A program made the position numbers and the translations under genes. Below are positions 49,407 through 61,070 of a stretch of 64,000 nt of DNA, in pieces. Under the pieces are notes generated by a model. The model saw only the letters and a program-made list of their open reading frames with translations, was not told the DNA's origin and made no database searches. Source of the DNA: Lytechinus pictus (lineage: Eukaryota); the NCBI RefSeq assembly GCF_037042905.1, contig NW_026974140.1, positions 994,001 through 1,058,000 of the forward strand. Reading direction: 5' to 3'. Position 1 is the first letter of the stretch; the number at the start of each line of letters is the position of its first letter.

Positions 49407-51720
49407 TGGGAATTGAAAGAGAAAAACACGAAATGCAAAAGAGTCGCTTCCTGAAGAGACCGACGAGACCGCGTGCTCTGAGTGTCAGCGAGGCAAGGAC
49501 CTGGAGAGAATAATAATTGGACAAAGAAAAACTGGTTACCGGTATACACATTCCTATGAAGAAAAGGAGCACAAACACATGAAAAGTAATCAGGTAAACA
49601 TTGGCAATTATATATGATGTCAATTGCATCGTAAATTTTTTGTACTAAATAAGCATAAAAGAGTTGGGTGAGCTCCCGTGAATAAAACAAGCTGGGAAGC
49701 CTCCCATATATAGAATAGAATAAGGAATGACACAAATTCAAATTATTCAGGGCATGCTTCCCAGAAAACTGAAAGAAGGTGAAAAGGCATTCGAATGTAG
49801 TTATGGTGTTCGTACATTTAAATAAAACTTCTACTCTTACACCTGGTATACAATTTGTTTGGCTTGATCGAAATACCGCTGAATTGATGAATAAAAAGAA
49901 TGATCGTCTGAGATCCAGATCATATTACACTGTACATTAATCATAGTTGATTTGTCAAAAACAAATTAACTAAAGCTATCTTTTTCTTATGTAGAATGGT
50001 TACTGCTTTTACAAATAATCATGTCCTATATACGTCCTCAGTGAACAGAGTAAACCTACATGACAAAACTTCAAAGTTCTTTCCTCTTTTGACCTTAAAA
50101 CAGCAATGTACACTTATGATTATGATCAGTAAAGATTTTTTTTTCTTCTTCAAAATTAAAACTCAAAGATAAAAAAAAAAAATCCAGAGTTACAATCTAT
50201 ATTTCTGTTTGAACTCTAAAAAAAGATATATTTATAAATATATAACACGAAGTTAGGAACCAATTTCAAAATTTGTCCGACACCTATAAAACACATCGTT
50301 TATCATGTTTCAATTACCGGATAAATTATTTAGACAAAAATAATGCTCTACTGGCTGCAGGTCATTTTCATACTGTAGAATTAGTAAATAAATCTAACTC
50401 AATTCATCATTGAACTAGCTTACATCTTCTGTCCAATACAGTTAGCAACAAAAAGAATGGTTATTACTTTAACATCCTTCGTATTTGTAAACAGAAAAGT
50501 TAAAAATGCAAAGAAAAAAAAAATCATCTGAAATGACCAGGTTCTTTCCTCCATTGGTCTAAAATAAATGTACCATGATTAACATGATTATAATTTATAT
50601 TTTTATCAAAAGAGCTTGTGTTAATCATGTGAATGACTACGTCAATAAAACTGTTAGCAATTGTAATACAAAAGGTCAAACATTTCTATGCACATGATGA
50701 TATAAATGAATCAAGATTCAAAATCGAAGGCAAGTCTATAATGCACATGACCATCCGTTTATGGGATTGTGAACCCATCATGCCCATAGAGTATTATTTT
50801 GAAAAATTAAAACCACGAGGGTGAAAAAACAATTCCAAGTTTCAACCGGCACTAAGCATGTCCAAATTTTACTCAGTTGAAGTTTTGAATCTTAATTCAG
50901 AGGGGTTTATAAAAAAGATCTAGATGAAAATTTTCTTCTACTATCTTAAAAAAAAAGATCATACAGTCATAGTACTATATACTTTCTCTCCCATTGTATA
51001 TTACGCATACATGCTTTCATGAAGAGCAAAATAAGGAAATGTTTACTCTACGGCCTACGTTAAAATTCTAAGTTATATCTTACAAACTCATTCACCTCTT
51101 TACAATGGTTATTTTTACTTAAATTTACTTAAATTTAAAGGAAAATGAGAATGCTATATGAATACAAGCACCGCCAGGAGTTAGTCAAGTTAAGGATGTT
51201 CAATACTTAGAATTCCCGTAAATTTTAGCAAAAAAGAGTCACAATTTTTAAATGCACATATGTTTTACTATAATTTTTTTTTTGTGTAAATTAATAGGCC
51301 CCAGAGAAAAAAATCTTATGCTTTAAATGGAGATGTAAGTTTTGATTGATATTTAAAAGAAAATGAGAATGCTATCTGGTTGCTACTTCCATCAGCATAG
51401 ATACAGTACAGGTAAGTGCCTGGTATACATTTACTGGAATCTTCACTGAAAACTGGTATCAACAAATGCGAAATATTGAGTAAACTCCAGAAGTAAAACC
51501 TGTTTCTCATACGGACGAATTTTTTTCACTGGGCATAATTAGGTCAAGATGTATAAGTTGAACCGTGGTATGCAATTTACTACATATAAAAAGTCAAAAT
51601 TTAGCGAATGATCATGTGAAAAAATTGTAGTTTACTCACATCCAAATTAGTAAGTTAATAAAATATGACTATGATGTATAAACAAATCAAATACATTACA
51701 TGGGTGCTCTTGGATGAAGA

Positions 51721-52221
51721 TTACTCGGACCAATTAGCCCATCGATCTGGCGTGCCTCCATTCCTTACAGGTTTGCGTGTTTGTAGCAAAATCTTGGTTC
51801 CAGTGACTTTGATCCTGGTTGCCAGGTTATTGTTCTTACGAATGTTGTATGCAATTGCTGCCAATCTTCCTCTTTCTCTTTTCATGCTGGGAGGCAAATC
51901 CGTACGGATGGAGACCCGACTGAAAGGCGACGGAGAGTCCGATGCTCTGCTGCCAGGGGGGTCCGGCTGCCGGCGTGGTCGTCGTTCGTAGGCCTGAAGA
52001 AGCCGGTCTCTGTCCATCATGCGGCCGAATCTGATGATAATCGCAGGGGGTTGGCGGTTAGAATTACGATCTCCTCGGGGGGTTGAGGGCAGACGGTGGG
52101 CATTTACAAGAGGTATCTGCATAGCTTCCTGCTTTGAAATGTTCATGAAGAAGCAAATTGTTTGATGAACTGTGTCATATATGTTTTCGTCAGTTGGGGG
52201 GGCCATTCCATACACCAACAA
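51721..52221 (-). CDS. LINE ORF1, C-terminal half (RRM-like and C-terminal domain)
   Basis: LLVYG, AHRL, PAIIIRF..DRD.LL, VSI.TDLP..KRER: typical of L1-type ORF1 found in L2/CR1-group LINEs. Confidence 0.85.
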   Translation of the reverse strand: MLVYGMAPPTDENIYDTVHQTICFFMNISKQEAMQIPLVNAHRLPSTPRGDRNSNRQPPAIIIRFGRMMDRDRLLQAYERRPRRQPDPPGSRASDSPSPFSRVSIRTDLPPSMKRERGRLAAIAYNIRKNNNLATRIKVTGTKILLQTRKPVRNGGTPDRWANWSE

Positions 52222-54126
52222 AATGGCCCGAATTCACAAAGGTGGTTTTTGCAGAAACCATGGTTTCAACCGTGGGTTTTACTGATTTTGCGATTCACAA
52301 AGGTGGTTTCAAATGAAACCATGGTTTCAACCGTGGGTTTTCGGCATGATTTTGAGTCAACTGTTTTAGGTGGTTTCAAACCGTGGGTTTTAGAAAAAAC
52401 ATGGTTTTTAGGCACATTGACCAATCACAGAACAGTATTTCGGTACATTGCTGAGCAAGTGGAGATATAGACGTAAGACGACGATAAATAGATTTGTACG
52501 AAAAGAAAAGAAGCTAGAAGCGAAGCGTGGAATATCGGTATTTGCCGAGCTGTGAGAACATCGTGAGTAATTTACCATTTCATAGCGACGGTGAATATTT
52601 TTTCTACGTCTGTGTGTATTTGTTTGTGAAGAAATATTATAATTAATGCTGTAAATGCATGCAGATTTAGGAGCGGAACGGTGGACTCGTGATGGGAAAA
52701 GCATTATCGCATTTAAGTTATTTTCTAGTCCCACGCGTGTAGTTTTGTGTCCTGTCAAAACAAAAGATTATGAAGAGCTCTCCGTACCGAATCGCTAAGC
52801 TCCCTGGCCTGGGTTTAATAATAATAGCTCGGCTCATAAAGCTGAGCTCTGGAGAAGCGATGCATGACAAAGCCGCCAAAGTAGTCAGACTTTCAACCAC
52901 AATTGTGCAAAATTCAAGAAAATTGTATTCTTAATTTATACCTTAGTTTGATATGATTTTTAGTAAATTAAAGTAAAGTTCTGCACAATTAACCAAACAG
53001 CATCAGTCACTTAATTAATGGGCATGTTGCATGTTGTTGCCTTGTTGGGTCAATTTAGTGAATGGGAAAACACTTCCTAACTGTGTCTAGTCATTGTTAA
53101 TTGCTTGTAGATCCTGTCTCCAATAATAGTGTTCAAAATTCACTTATTCAGATCCAACTGGAGAAATGTTGGAACTAGATCTAGCCTCGCGAGGACGAGG
53201 ACTCTGTGATGATATTTTTATAATTTTGAGTTGACAGTGTCTTCATGGAGCCAGAGCCCAAGTTGTTAGACATGCGCTAGGCTAGGGCAGGCCTGCATAG
53301 GGCTGTGTCAGTGTGTGTCGAAGAAGTTGGTAAAATTGTCAATGATGCATGGAATCCCCTTCAATATCCACATCACTGCCAATAATTGGTTAGATACACT
53401 GAATTGAATTAATTTAAATTTCATACCTTTTTATTACCTAAGCTTTTAAAAGGAATAACAAATATTTTATCGGGCCTAAATAATGAAAACATAAAAAATT
53501 CATGAAATTAGAGGTTTCTTACCAGACCGATCTAGTGGCCATTGCAAAATATTCCCATCCCTTGCTCACCCTGCGTAATACAATACTAGGCTTGACTCGG
53601 TTTGTTTATAATGATGTAGCTACAATACGATGAGCTACGTTATGAAGCGCCATTCTATAGAACAATTCATTGAATAAATTATTTAAAAAGATGATAATAT
53701 GAATTAACATTTTGGTTGGAAATACTATCGTTTAATCTGGCAGATTTGAGAGATGTTGAATTATATTATGTCCATCAGATTTAAAAGTAATTTAATGTAG
53801 ATCTACCTGTACTTTGTTTTTATTTCCGCAGTAAATTTTTGAATGGATGAAAACATCTTACAACATGCACAGGCTGTCCTAAGATACTATGAAAGGAGGA
53901 TTGTTAGAGAGGTATGTTCATTTTTGTTGTTTCTATGTGGACTATCGTCTATTTTCTAAAAAAATTATTTGTCACCGTCTAAACAATTTTTTATCATAAA
54001 ATTTGTTGTCATGACATGATAAAGAACCATTTATTTTGATCAATTTCAAACTTGGTTGATGTACACATCTGACAGTTACTGAACTAATCTGAATTCTGTG
54101 TCACATGATCAATGGTCATAGAGTAC

Positions 54127-54239
54127 TAGACCAAAAGCTTCAGTCTCTGTATTTTGGTTCCACTGAACTGAGTAAGGATTATAGTGAAATGTCAGAAATT
54201 GTTAAGGAAATCCCCAGAAACGACGGTTATTCCTGTCTA
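54127..54239. mobile_element. 113-bp mini-element with TAGAC..GTCTA termini and 9-bp TSD (AcademH-like)
   Basis: TSD atagagtac at 54118-54126 and 54240-54248; related copy at 38640-38804; related ends at 45858 and ~61221-61238. Confidence 0.72.
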
Positions 54240-54489
54240 ATAGAGTACATGCCTAAATGTCGAATATTTTGTAGATCCAGTTGATCAATTTATATTTATG
54301 AGAATGATGATGTGATTAGGATGTGGCAAAATAATGAATTAATAAGTCAACTGACCAAATATGCAGATTTCTCAAAAGGTAGGCCAATAAATTTCGACAA
54401 TATGCAGTAAAGGTAGTTAAGAATACATTGTTTTTTTTTCAGTTGTTTAAATATTTTCTTTTGCTTCTTACTCTAGTCTAACTCAACAG

Positions 54490-55390
54490 GAATATGCCAA
54501 CCAGAACTGCAGTTAGGAGTCATTGGCAGGAGGAACCTTTGTGACTTGTACGAAGATGAAGCTTTCAAGCACAGAATTGCTTTTCCAAAGAGACCACACG
54601 CTACCTCATCATCATGCTTGAAGGTGATCTGAGCCTGAGGAGGGACGAAGGGCCTAGTGATCGACTACCTTTGTTTCTGCAAGTATTGACAATTCTGCGT
54701 TTGTATGCTGTAAGTATTTTTTTTAATAAGAAAGTTATGACATAAACATCTCAAGACAAGCCTAGTGTATGCAAATATTTGTGATGTTGCTGTAAAAAGA
54801 AATCAAACTCAATGTAAAAAGTGATAATAGATTGTGGCAACTGCCCGTTTTTAATTCACAATGAAGTGAGCATATGATTATTTTTTTTTTTTTTCAAATA
54901 TAGAAAATACAATCAGAAATGTATATTAGAACTAGAAGTTTTGTCATCCATTGTGGACAGATTCTTCCAAAATCCATACTTTACATTAAGGTTGTATCAT
55001 TATCTTGGTTATTTGAAAAAAAGTACTGCATCTGCTTTGCTCAATGTATGTTTGTCACACAAATGTTTATGGGGTTGGGAATGGTGTAGCCTTTAGACCA
55101 GTAAAGTAACAGAGTAACAGAGTAAGGTGCAACTTCTGGCAATATATCTTCATTTACAGGATAATTTCAGGGAATACAGGGTGATGAGGCATCAGTGTTG
55201 CAATCATCTGTTTGTTGAGTGATCAGATGTTTCGCAAGCCATAGCCAGAAGAAAGGTTTTGTGAGAACTTGAGATTGAGGCTACCCAACAACAACTGTTT
55301 GAGTACCAGTACAGTACTACAGGAATTCAAGAGTCATAGGTGTGTTCGATGGGACCCATGTCTACATATCCTGGAGGGAAACAAGCTTTG
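54490..55390 (+). pseudogene. HARBI1-like (PIF/Harbinger) transposase N-terminal exons, decayed
   Basis: 54490-54709: YEDEAFKHR / FSKETTRYLIIMLEGDL..LPLFLQVLTILRLYA|gtaagt. From ~55160: FQGIQGDEASVLQSSVC..DVSQAIA. Together these match the HTH-region pattern LR.YATG.FQ...GD. No DDE core found. Confidence 0.7.
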
Positions 55391-55401
55391 TACTTTCTTG
55401 A

Positions 55402-55941
55402 TGGGCAAGTCCACCCAACAAAAAGTTTATTTTGATATAATAGAGAAAACTCCAATGAGCATAACACTGAAAATTTGATGTAAAATGAGAAAGTTCTGAC
55501 ATCTTGAAGTTTCGCTTATTTTCACAAAACAGATATATATGCACATCCTGGTCATTATGCAAATGAGTGACCAAGTGACGTTCTCCACTCACTGTTTCTT
55601 TTTTGTAATATATCATGAAATATGATTTTTTTTTTTATAATGGCTAATACAGGTGTATGGTTTGATTTCTCCCTGAAACTTGTGTAAAAAGACAATGTGG
55701 CAACCTATACTCAATTGTGAATTCTGTAAAAAATCAAGTATTATAATATATTTCATATATTGATATACAGAAGAAAGAGTGAGTGTGTGACGTCATAGAC
55801 TTGTTTGCATATCACCTGTTTTGCGAGTACTGGTAATTAATTTCTTATTTTACATCCTATTTTGACGTTTTCAGTGTCATGCATGTTTTATTTTTCTCTA
55901 TCCATTCACATTAACTTTTTGTTGTACAGTGGACTTGCTCT
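55402..55941. mobile_element. Diverged TTAA MITE family A
   Basis: gggcaagtccacccaacaaaaagtt...gtggacttgctc; colinear with 4221-4802. Confidence 0.7.
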
Positions 55942-56005
55942 AGAACAGGTATTTTCTGTAATGTACAAGTAAGAATTTCATTATTCATTTGTGTCTTCTT
56001 TTTAA

Positions 56006-56673
56006 CACCTTCTTTACAGAGGGGGGGGGGTTGAATCAACCTCCCTTGAGATCTCTGCCAATGATCGCATTAACGCCTTGAAAATTGGTATGATAATAGT
56101 GGGGGATGTCATGTGCAATGCTGTTTGGTTAATTTTTCCGAAATTGTCAGATCTTTTATATTAATTAATTATGCTAATTTCTGCATAAATCTTACTTTTA
56201 TACCATTGCTAACAATCAAAATGAAAAAAAAAATCCTAGATTGAAAATGAATTTCTTATGTATTTTATTGTTTTATGAATTTCTTATGTATATCTTTTTT
56301 TTCAAGATTTTGTTTTTTGCCAAATTTAAAGCAGAACATTTTTTGAAGCATAATTATGCTGAAATCAAGTAATTTCAGCTGATGAAAGTAAAAATAATCA
56401 TGTCCATATGAAGAAGATGAGAAAACTCAATATTGACTTTGTACACAAAATCACATTTTGGAGCAATTTTGGGTCTGACATGCACTTTTGTAATGTTGAG
56501 TAATTTTCCAACAGCATGCACAGGCATCGTAAATTTGATCTCAAGAGATGTGCAAGACTTCAAAGTAAAAAGTCGGCGAGCAGCACGGTCGTTAAGTTTC
56601 GCACAGCGGAATGGTTGTGGAATATGTTGAGGGAGGGGGTTCATTCACCCCCCCCCCCCGGGGTTTTATAGGG
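56006..56673. mobile_element. piggyBac-like MITE
   Basis: TTAA|cacct..ggggggttgaatcaacc...ggttcattcacccccc..ataggg|TTAA; the left terminus is degenerate. Confidence 0.68.
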
Positions 56674-56677
56674 TTAA

Positions 56678-57364
56678 CCCTGAATCTCCCGGGGTATTAT
56701 GATTCTTGTCATTCTGGGGGGCCCCCCTTAAGACCTCAGTCGCGGATTGCGCGATCAAAACAAAAATTTGCATGATGGTAGAGAATGACGTAATCTACGC
56801 AGTTGCATTGGTAAATTTCACTGAATTCATATATTTTTATTTTATATGAATTAATTATGCTAATTTATTCATGAAATCATACTTTTTGCTCTGATTCACT
56901 AAATAAAGCTCCTAGAATGCTATTTTTTGGTGAAAATATTCTTTATAGCATTCCTAACAATTGTGAATGAAAAAAATTATGGTACCAAGACCGATTTCTT
57001 ATGCATTTTATTGTTTTTTAATTTCTTATGTATTTCTTTGTTTTTTAAGGTAAAATTAATTAAGTTTAATCAGTAAAAGTTGAAATAATGATGCATTTAT
57101 GAATATTGGCTAATACACAATCTGCATTGGATTTGTACATGAAATCACGTTTATGAGCAATTTGGGGTCTGACATGCACTTACATAATGTTGCGTAATGT
57201 CGTAACCGCGTATCCGGGCGTCACAAATTTGGTCTCAAAATTTGCGCGAGACTTGAAAGTAAAAAGTAAGTGAGCGGCGAGGTCAAAAAATTTTGCGCAG
57301 CAGATATATCGCAAAAATTGTCAAGGAGGGGCCATTATGCCCCCCCCCCCCGGGAGAATGAGGG
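56678..57364. mobile_element. piggyBac-like MITE related to the previous one
   Basis: TTAA|ccctgaatctcccgggg...cccgggagaatgaggg|TTAA; shares internal blocks (gagcaattt.gggtctgacatgcactt) with 56006-56673. Confidence 0.8.
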
Positions 57365-58399
57365 TTAAAAGAGCACATTATTACTAAGAATTTCACATGA
57401 ATACAAGTATTTGAAATTAACTTTTATCAGATTTAGTTTCTTTCACAGACTATCTTCAATGATTATTTAATTCAAATAGTCCTTACTAAAAAACCACTAT
57501 TTAATCAGGAAGCATCAAATGTAAATTCCTCATTTACTTTTTCATGTGAAATATTTTCACATATTTTAAATTGTCTATTTCAAATGCTTAAGATTAGAAC
57601 TTTGATAGCTCACAGAAAGTTTATTGCATGCCCCAAAATATGCATGTCCATGAGGGTCATCAATTTAAACTGCTCTCATTTCTTTGTTTTTGCATCAGTT
57701 GTGTTTACACTTGGTACAGATAACCATTGGGGATTAAATACCATATGCATGTCCAGGAGGATAATAAGGTCAAAAGATCATATTGCATACACTGTAGTTT
57801 GATTGTGATATCAGGCGAGACTGATGGTTAACCTTGTTTTTTGTTGAAATGTATTCTTTTCAAGTGTCCCCAGGGCAACAGCCCAGCTGGGGCAACCAGG
57901 TAGCCTTATGAATAGAGCTCAACTCGGGCAACCAGGAAAACACTAGCTTGGCCTGGCAGTGCTGGCACATGCACATTTAGGGGGCGTGAATGAGACAAAT
58001 TAAAAGGGCAATTAATGCATTTTCTTGGAAAAAAATATAATTTCAATTGACCCCAAATGATAACCTGATCATGGCCTAGTTGGGAAACCAGGTAGCCTAA
58101 CAAGTAGAGCTCGAATCAGGCAACAGAAAAACACCAGCTAATAATTAACAATAATTATTCATTTGGGCCATTATGATGTGGCAATATATCAAAACTTGGA
58201 CTGAGTATTTATTTCACAAAATGTTTGTAATTTTGCAATGTTTTCAAAATGCCAATTGAGTATTAGATTTCAGTGTGTTATATTTTTATGTAATTTCCTG
58301 GTGTGATTTTCCAAGGTGCAAGGTGGTTTTATGCAAATTAAAGATATACAAAAAAGATAAAAGAGTAGTCTTTTCTCTTTTTTTCTGATTTGGACGAAA

Positions 58400-58880
58400 T
58401 AATCATGAAGATGATCAAGATGACTTTGGTGGTGATGAGGATGATGATTGTGTTGGTGCTGCTGATGGTGACAAGTGTGGTGATGGTCATACATGTAATG
58501 GTGGTGATGGTATCGATGGTTTTGATGATAATGAGGTTGATGATGACAATAAAGATGATAGCAATGGTGATGTTAGTGTTGATGATGATGGTAATGTTGA
58601 GTGATGACGATAGTAATGATCATGCCCCTTTCATCTCCATCACTCTTATCTATATGTATCCCTCTCATCTACATCTCTAATCATCTCCCTTCCTCATCAT
58701 CTCCATCCCTCCTCTCACCATCTCCATCACTCTATACTTTCATCTCTCATCTCCATCCTCCTATCCCCTCCATCCCTCATCTCAATCACCTCCATTCCTC
58801 CCATTATCTCCATCACCCTCATCAACTCTCATTTCCATTCCTCTCAACATCTCAATTTTTCTCATCTCCATTCATCTCAG
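58400..58880. repeat. Degenerate (GAT)n tract followed by a (CATCT)-rich tract
   Basis: Low-complexity sequence; source of the M/V-rich ORF 58390..58680. Confidence 0.85.
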
Positions 58881-60539
58881 GAAAATGCATATACACAAGA
58901 TAGAATTCAACAGTCAAAATACTTGTTTTGAAATATAATATTCCTCTGTAAAGTGGGTTTTATTATTTGCCATATAAAGTTGAATAATTACATAGTAAAC
59001 ACTGTATACTTAACAAAATTTGCATTTTTGAAAGTGAAACTGAGATTTTTCATGCACACTTTCAGTGGATATGAAAATTTTCAGTAAAATTAAAATGTTC
59101 AAAAATTCCAGGGGGAGGGGGCAACTGCTGCGTAGATTTTTGTACATTTTGGGGGCCGGGATTATATCGTCCCAAGCCGGCCCCAATGTATATTTTCCCT
59201 TAATACTCAAAGTAACAGCCACGTAATAAGCATAGAACTCATTCTAAGCTGTACACCAGGGAAAATTAATGTAAAAAGAAACATATTATTCATAGTAAGC
59301 TGCAAGAGAAGTTAAAGAAAATAAATCAGGGGAAAAACAAGAAATTGAAAGGGGCAAAGTAAGATAATTCATCCATGTTATTTTAAATTCTGTAAAAAAA
59401 TAATGCTAAGCCCCTTATTTTTATTGATCGCTTCCTTCGGCCCGGTATGCCCACACATCCCCCCCCCCCCCCCTGCAGTGCCTGTGCATGAATCGAACAT
59501 CTACAAGTCAAAGAAATTGAAGCCTATTACCACTTAAAACCAAGCTATACACCATGGAAAATAAATACCGGTATAGGCCTACATACAATTACAAAATATT
59601 TATTTTAAAAAAGTAGAATTTAGAAAGGCAGATCCTACGATGTCAAGCTTCATCTAATGTTGTCTAAAGGAGAGCAGCGATAGACATTCTACTTTCATCG
59701 ATAAACAGGCTTAGTCCTACATCGTTGGAGTAAACTAAACTAAACTAAACTCAGCCAAGCTCGGCTCTTTGACTGTACATGCCCACTTCCATTGGCGATA
59801 TCTTCGGGTCTGAAGCGCCCCGGCAGCTACGGGGGCCGAGCTACGTAGTATTGCGATGAAAAGCACCGAATCATTAATCCGTTTTTCGCTACTCACGATC
59901 AGAGAGAAAAGGTGACAAATCTCAACAAATCGGGCATCTACACTGCGTTTTACTCTTTCTATGAAGAAATTGAGTTGAGGGAATACAAGAGAGTCTATCT
60001 TCCGCGACAAAAGGGAAGAAAATTATGATCACAAAATTAAGTCAGTTGTTGAGCGGGGGCCCGGGGCCGAGTCGAACACCAATACAGTGCAATGTTACGG
60101 TACGGTATCGCTAGCTAATACACGTACACGCGCGCTAATATGGGATCGCGAGATAGCTAGAAGCGCATAAAATTACACTTTTTTCAATTGTTGATATTTC
60201 AACGAAAAAAAGTTGTAGTAAGTGAAGAATCAGACCGTATTGCCAGTGCTAGCTGTATAATGTAAGTTTTCAATGAACTGAGCATGCTCAGTACACGCTA
60301 AAAAAGGGGAAATCCCTGGTTTTGAGGTAAAACCCACGGTTTAAACCATGGTTTCATTTGAGTCCACTGTTGAAACCATGGTTTCATTTGAGACCACTGT
60401 TGAAACCGTGGGTTTTAGAAACCATCGTTTGTGAATAGCAAGTTTTAGAAACCATGGTTTTTGAAAAACCATGGTTTCTAAAACCCACGGTTTCTAAAAA
60501 CCATGGTTTCAAACGAAACCACCTTTGTGAATTCGGGCC

Positions 60540-61070
60540 ATTAAGTTTCCGATCATGAATTTCACCAAGGGTTAGTTTCTCATTAAGCTCCTCAATCTTC
60601 TTGTCTATGTTATTACGTAGCTGGGGCAGGTCATCTTTTTCAATGGCGAGTAGACGACCAGATGTACTTGTTAGGCTAGTTTCTATGTCAGAAATGACCT
60701 TTTTTGTTGCTTCCATTTCAGTTTTCAAATTCGTTATCTCATTAACAACCGTATCAAGTTTGGTATTTACCTGAGAGGTGAAGCTGGTAAACATGTCTCT
60801 AATGTCGCTCATGAATGCCATTAATTCAGAAGGTACCGCGTTGGGGGTCGGCGGTCCATTTACATCGTGTACCGTGCTGGTGCTGGACGTGCGGGAGGTA
60901 TCGGCGAAATTGGCGCCTGCCGTGGCACCCTGAGGCAACGTGGCGTCATGCGTATCGTGGCTTGCGATTCCCAAGTTTTTCTGACCAGTTTCCCTCCTTT
61001 TAGACCCAGTATTGTTGGCTTTTTTACCTGGTTGCCCCCGTAGATTGTACTCTTTCTGTCTAACATCCAT
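60540..61070 (-). CDS. LINE ORF1, N-terminal half (disordered N-terminus and coiled coil)
   Basis: ATG at 61070; heptad-rich segment LDTVVNEITNLKTEM..IEELNEKL; ends EIHDRKLN at the insertion. The joined ORF1 is 343 aa with no stops. Confidence 0.85.

Larger units (their letters stand above)
52225..60539. mobile_element. 8.3-kb PIF/Harbinger-group element with a decayed transposase
   Basis: TIR ggcccgaattcacaaaggtggttt / aaaccacctttgtgaattcgggcc; flanks AAT / ATT; aaaccatggttt subterminal repeats; interrupts ORF1 at RKLN|LLVYG. Confidence 0.9.

Noticed and set aside
58270..58903. His-rich, Met/Val-rich and Ser/Pro-rich ORFs
   Set aside because: Translations of degenerate microsatellites.
59735..60010. 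Possible Myb/SANT second gene of the Harbinger-like element
   Set aside because: No recognisable tryptophan-repeat or other motif in the translation.
60384..60539. C-terminal 51 aa of the 228-aa ORF
   Set aside because: Read-through into the Harbinger-like TIR; the true ORF1 continues at 52221.
60760..60775. Alternative ORF1 donor cag|gtaaat as partner of the ORF2 acceptor
   Set aside because: Phase 0, out of frame with the phase-1 acceptor. It also shows donor-like sites can occur by chance, which tempers the splicing hypothesis.
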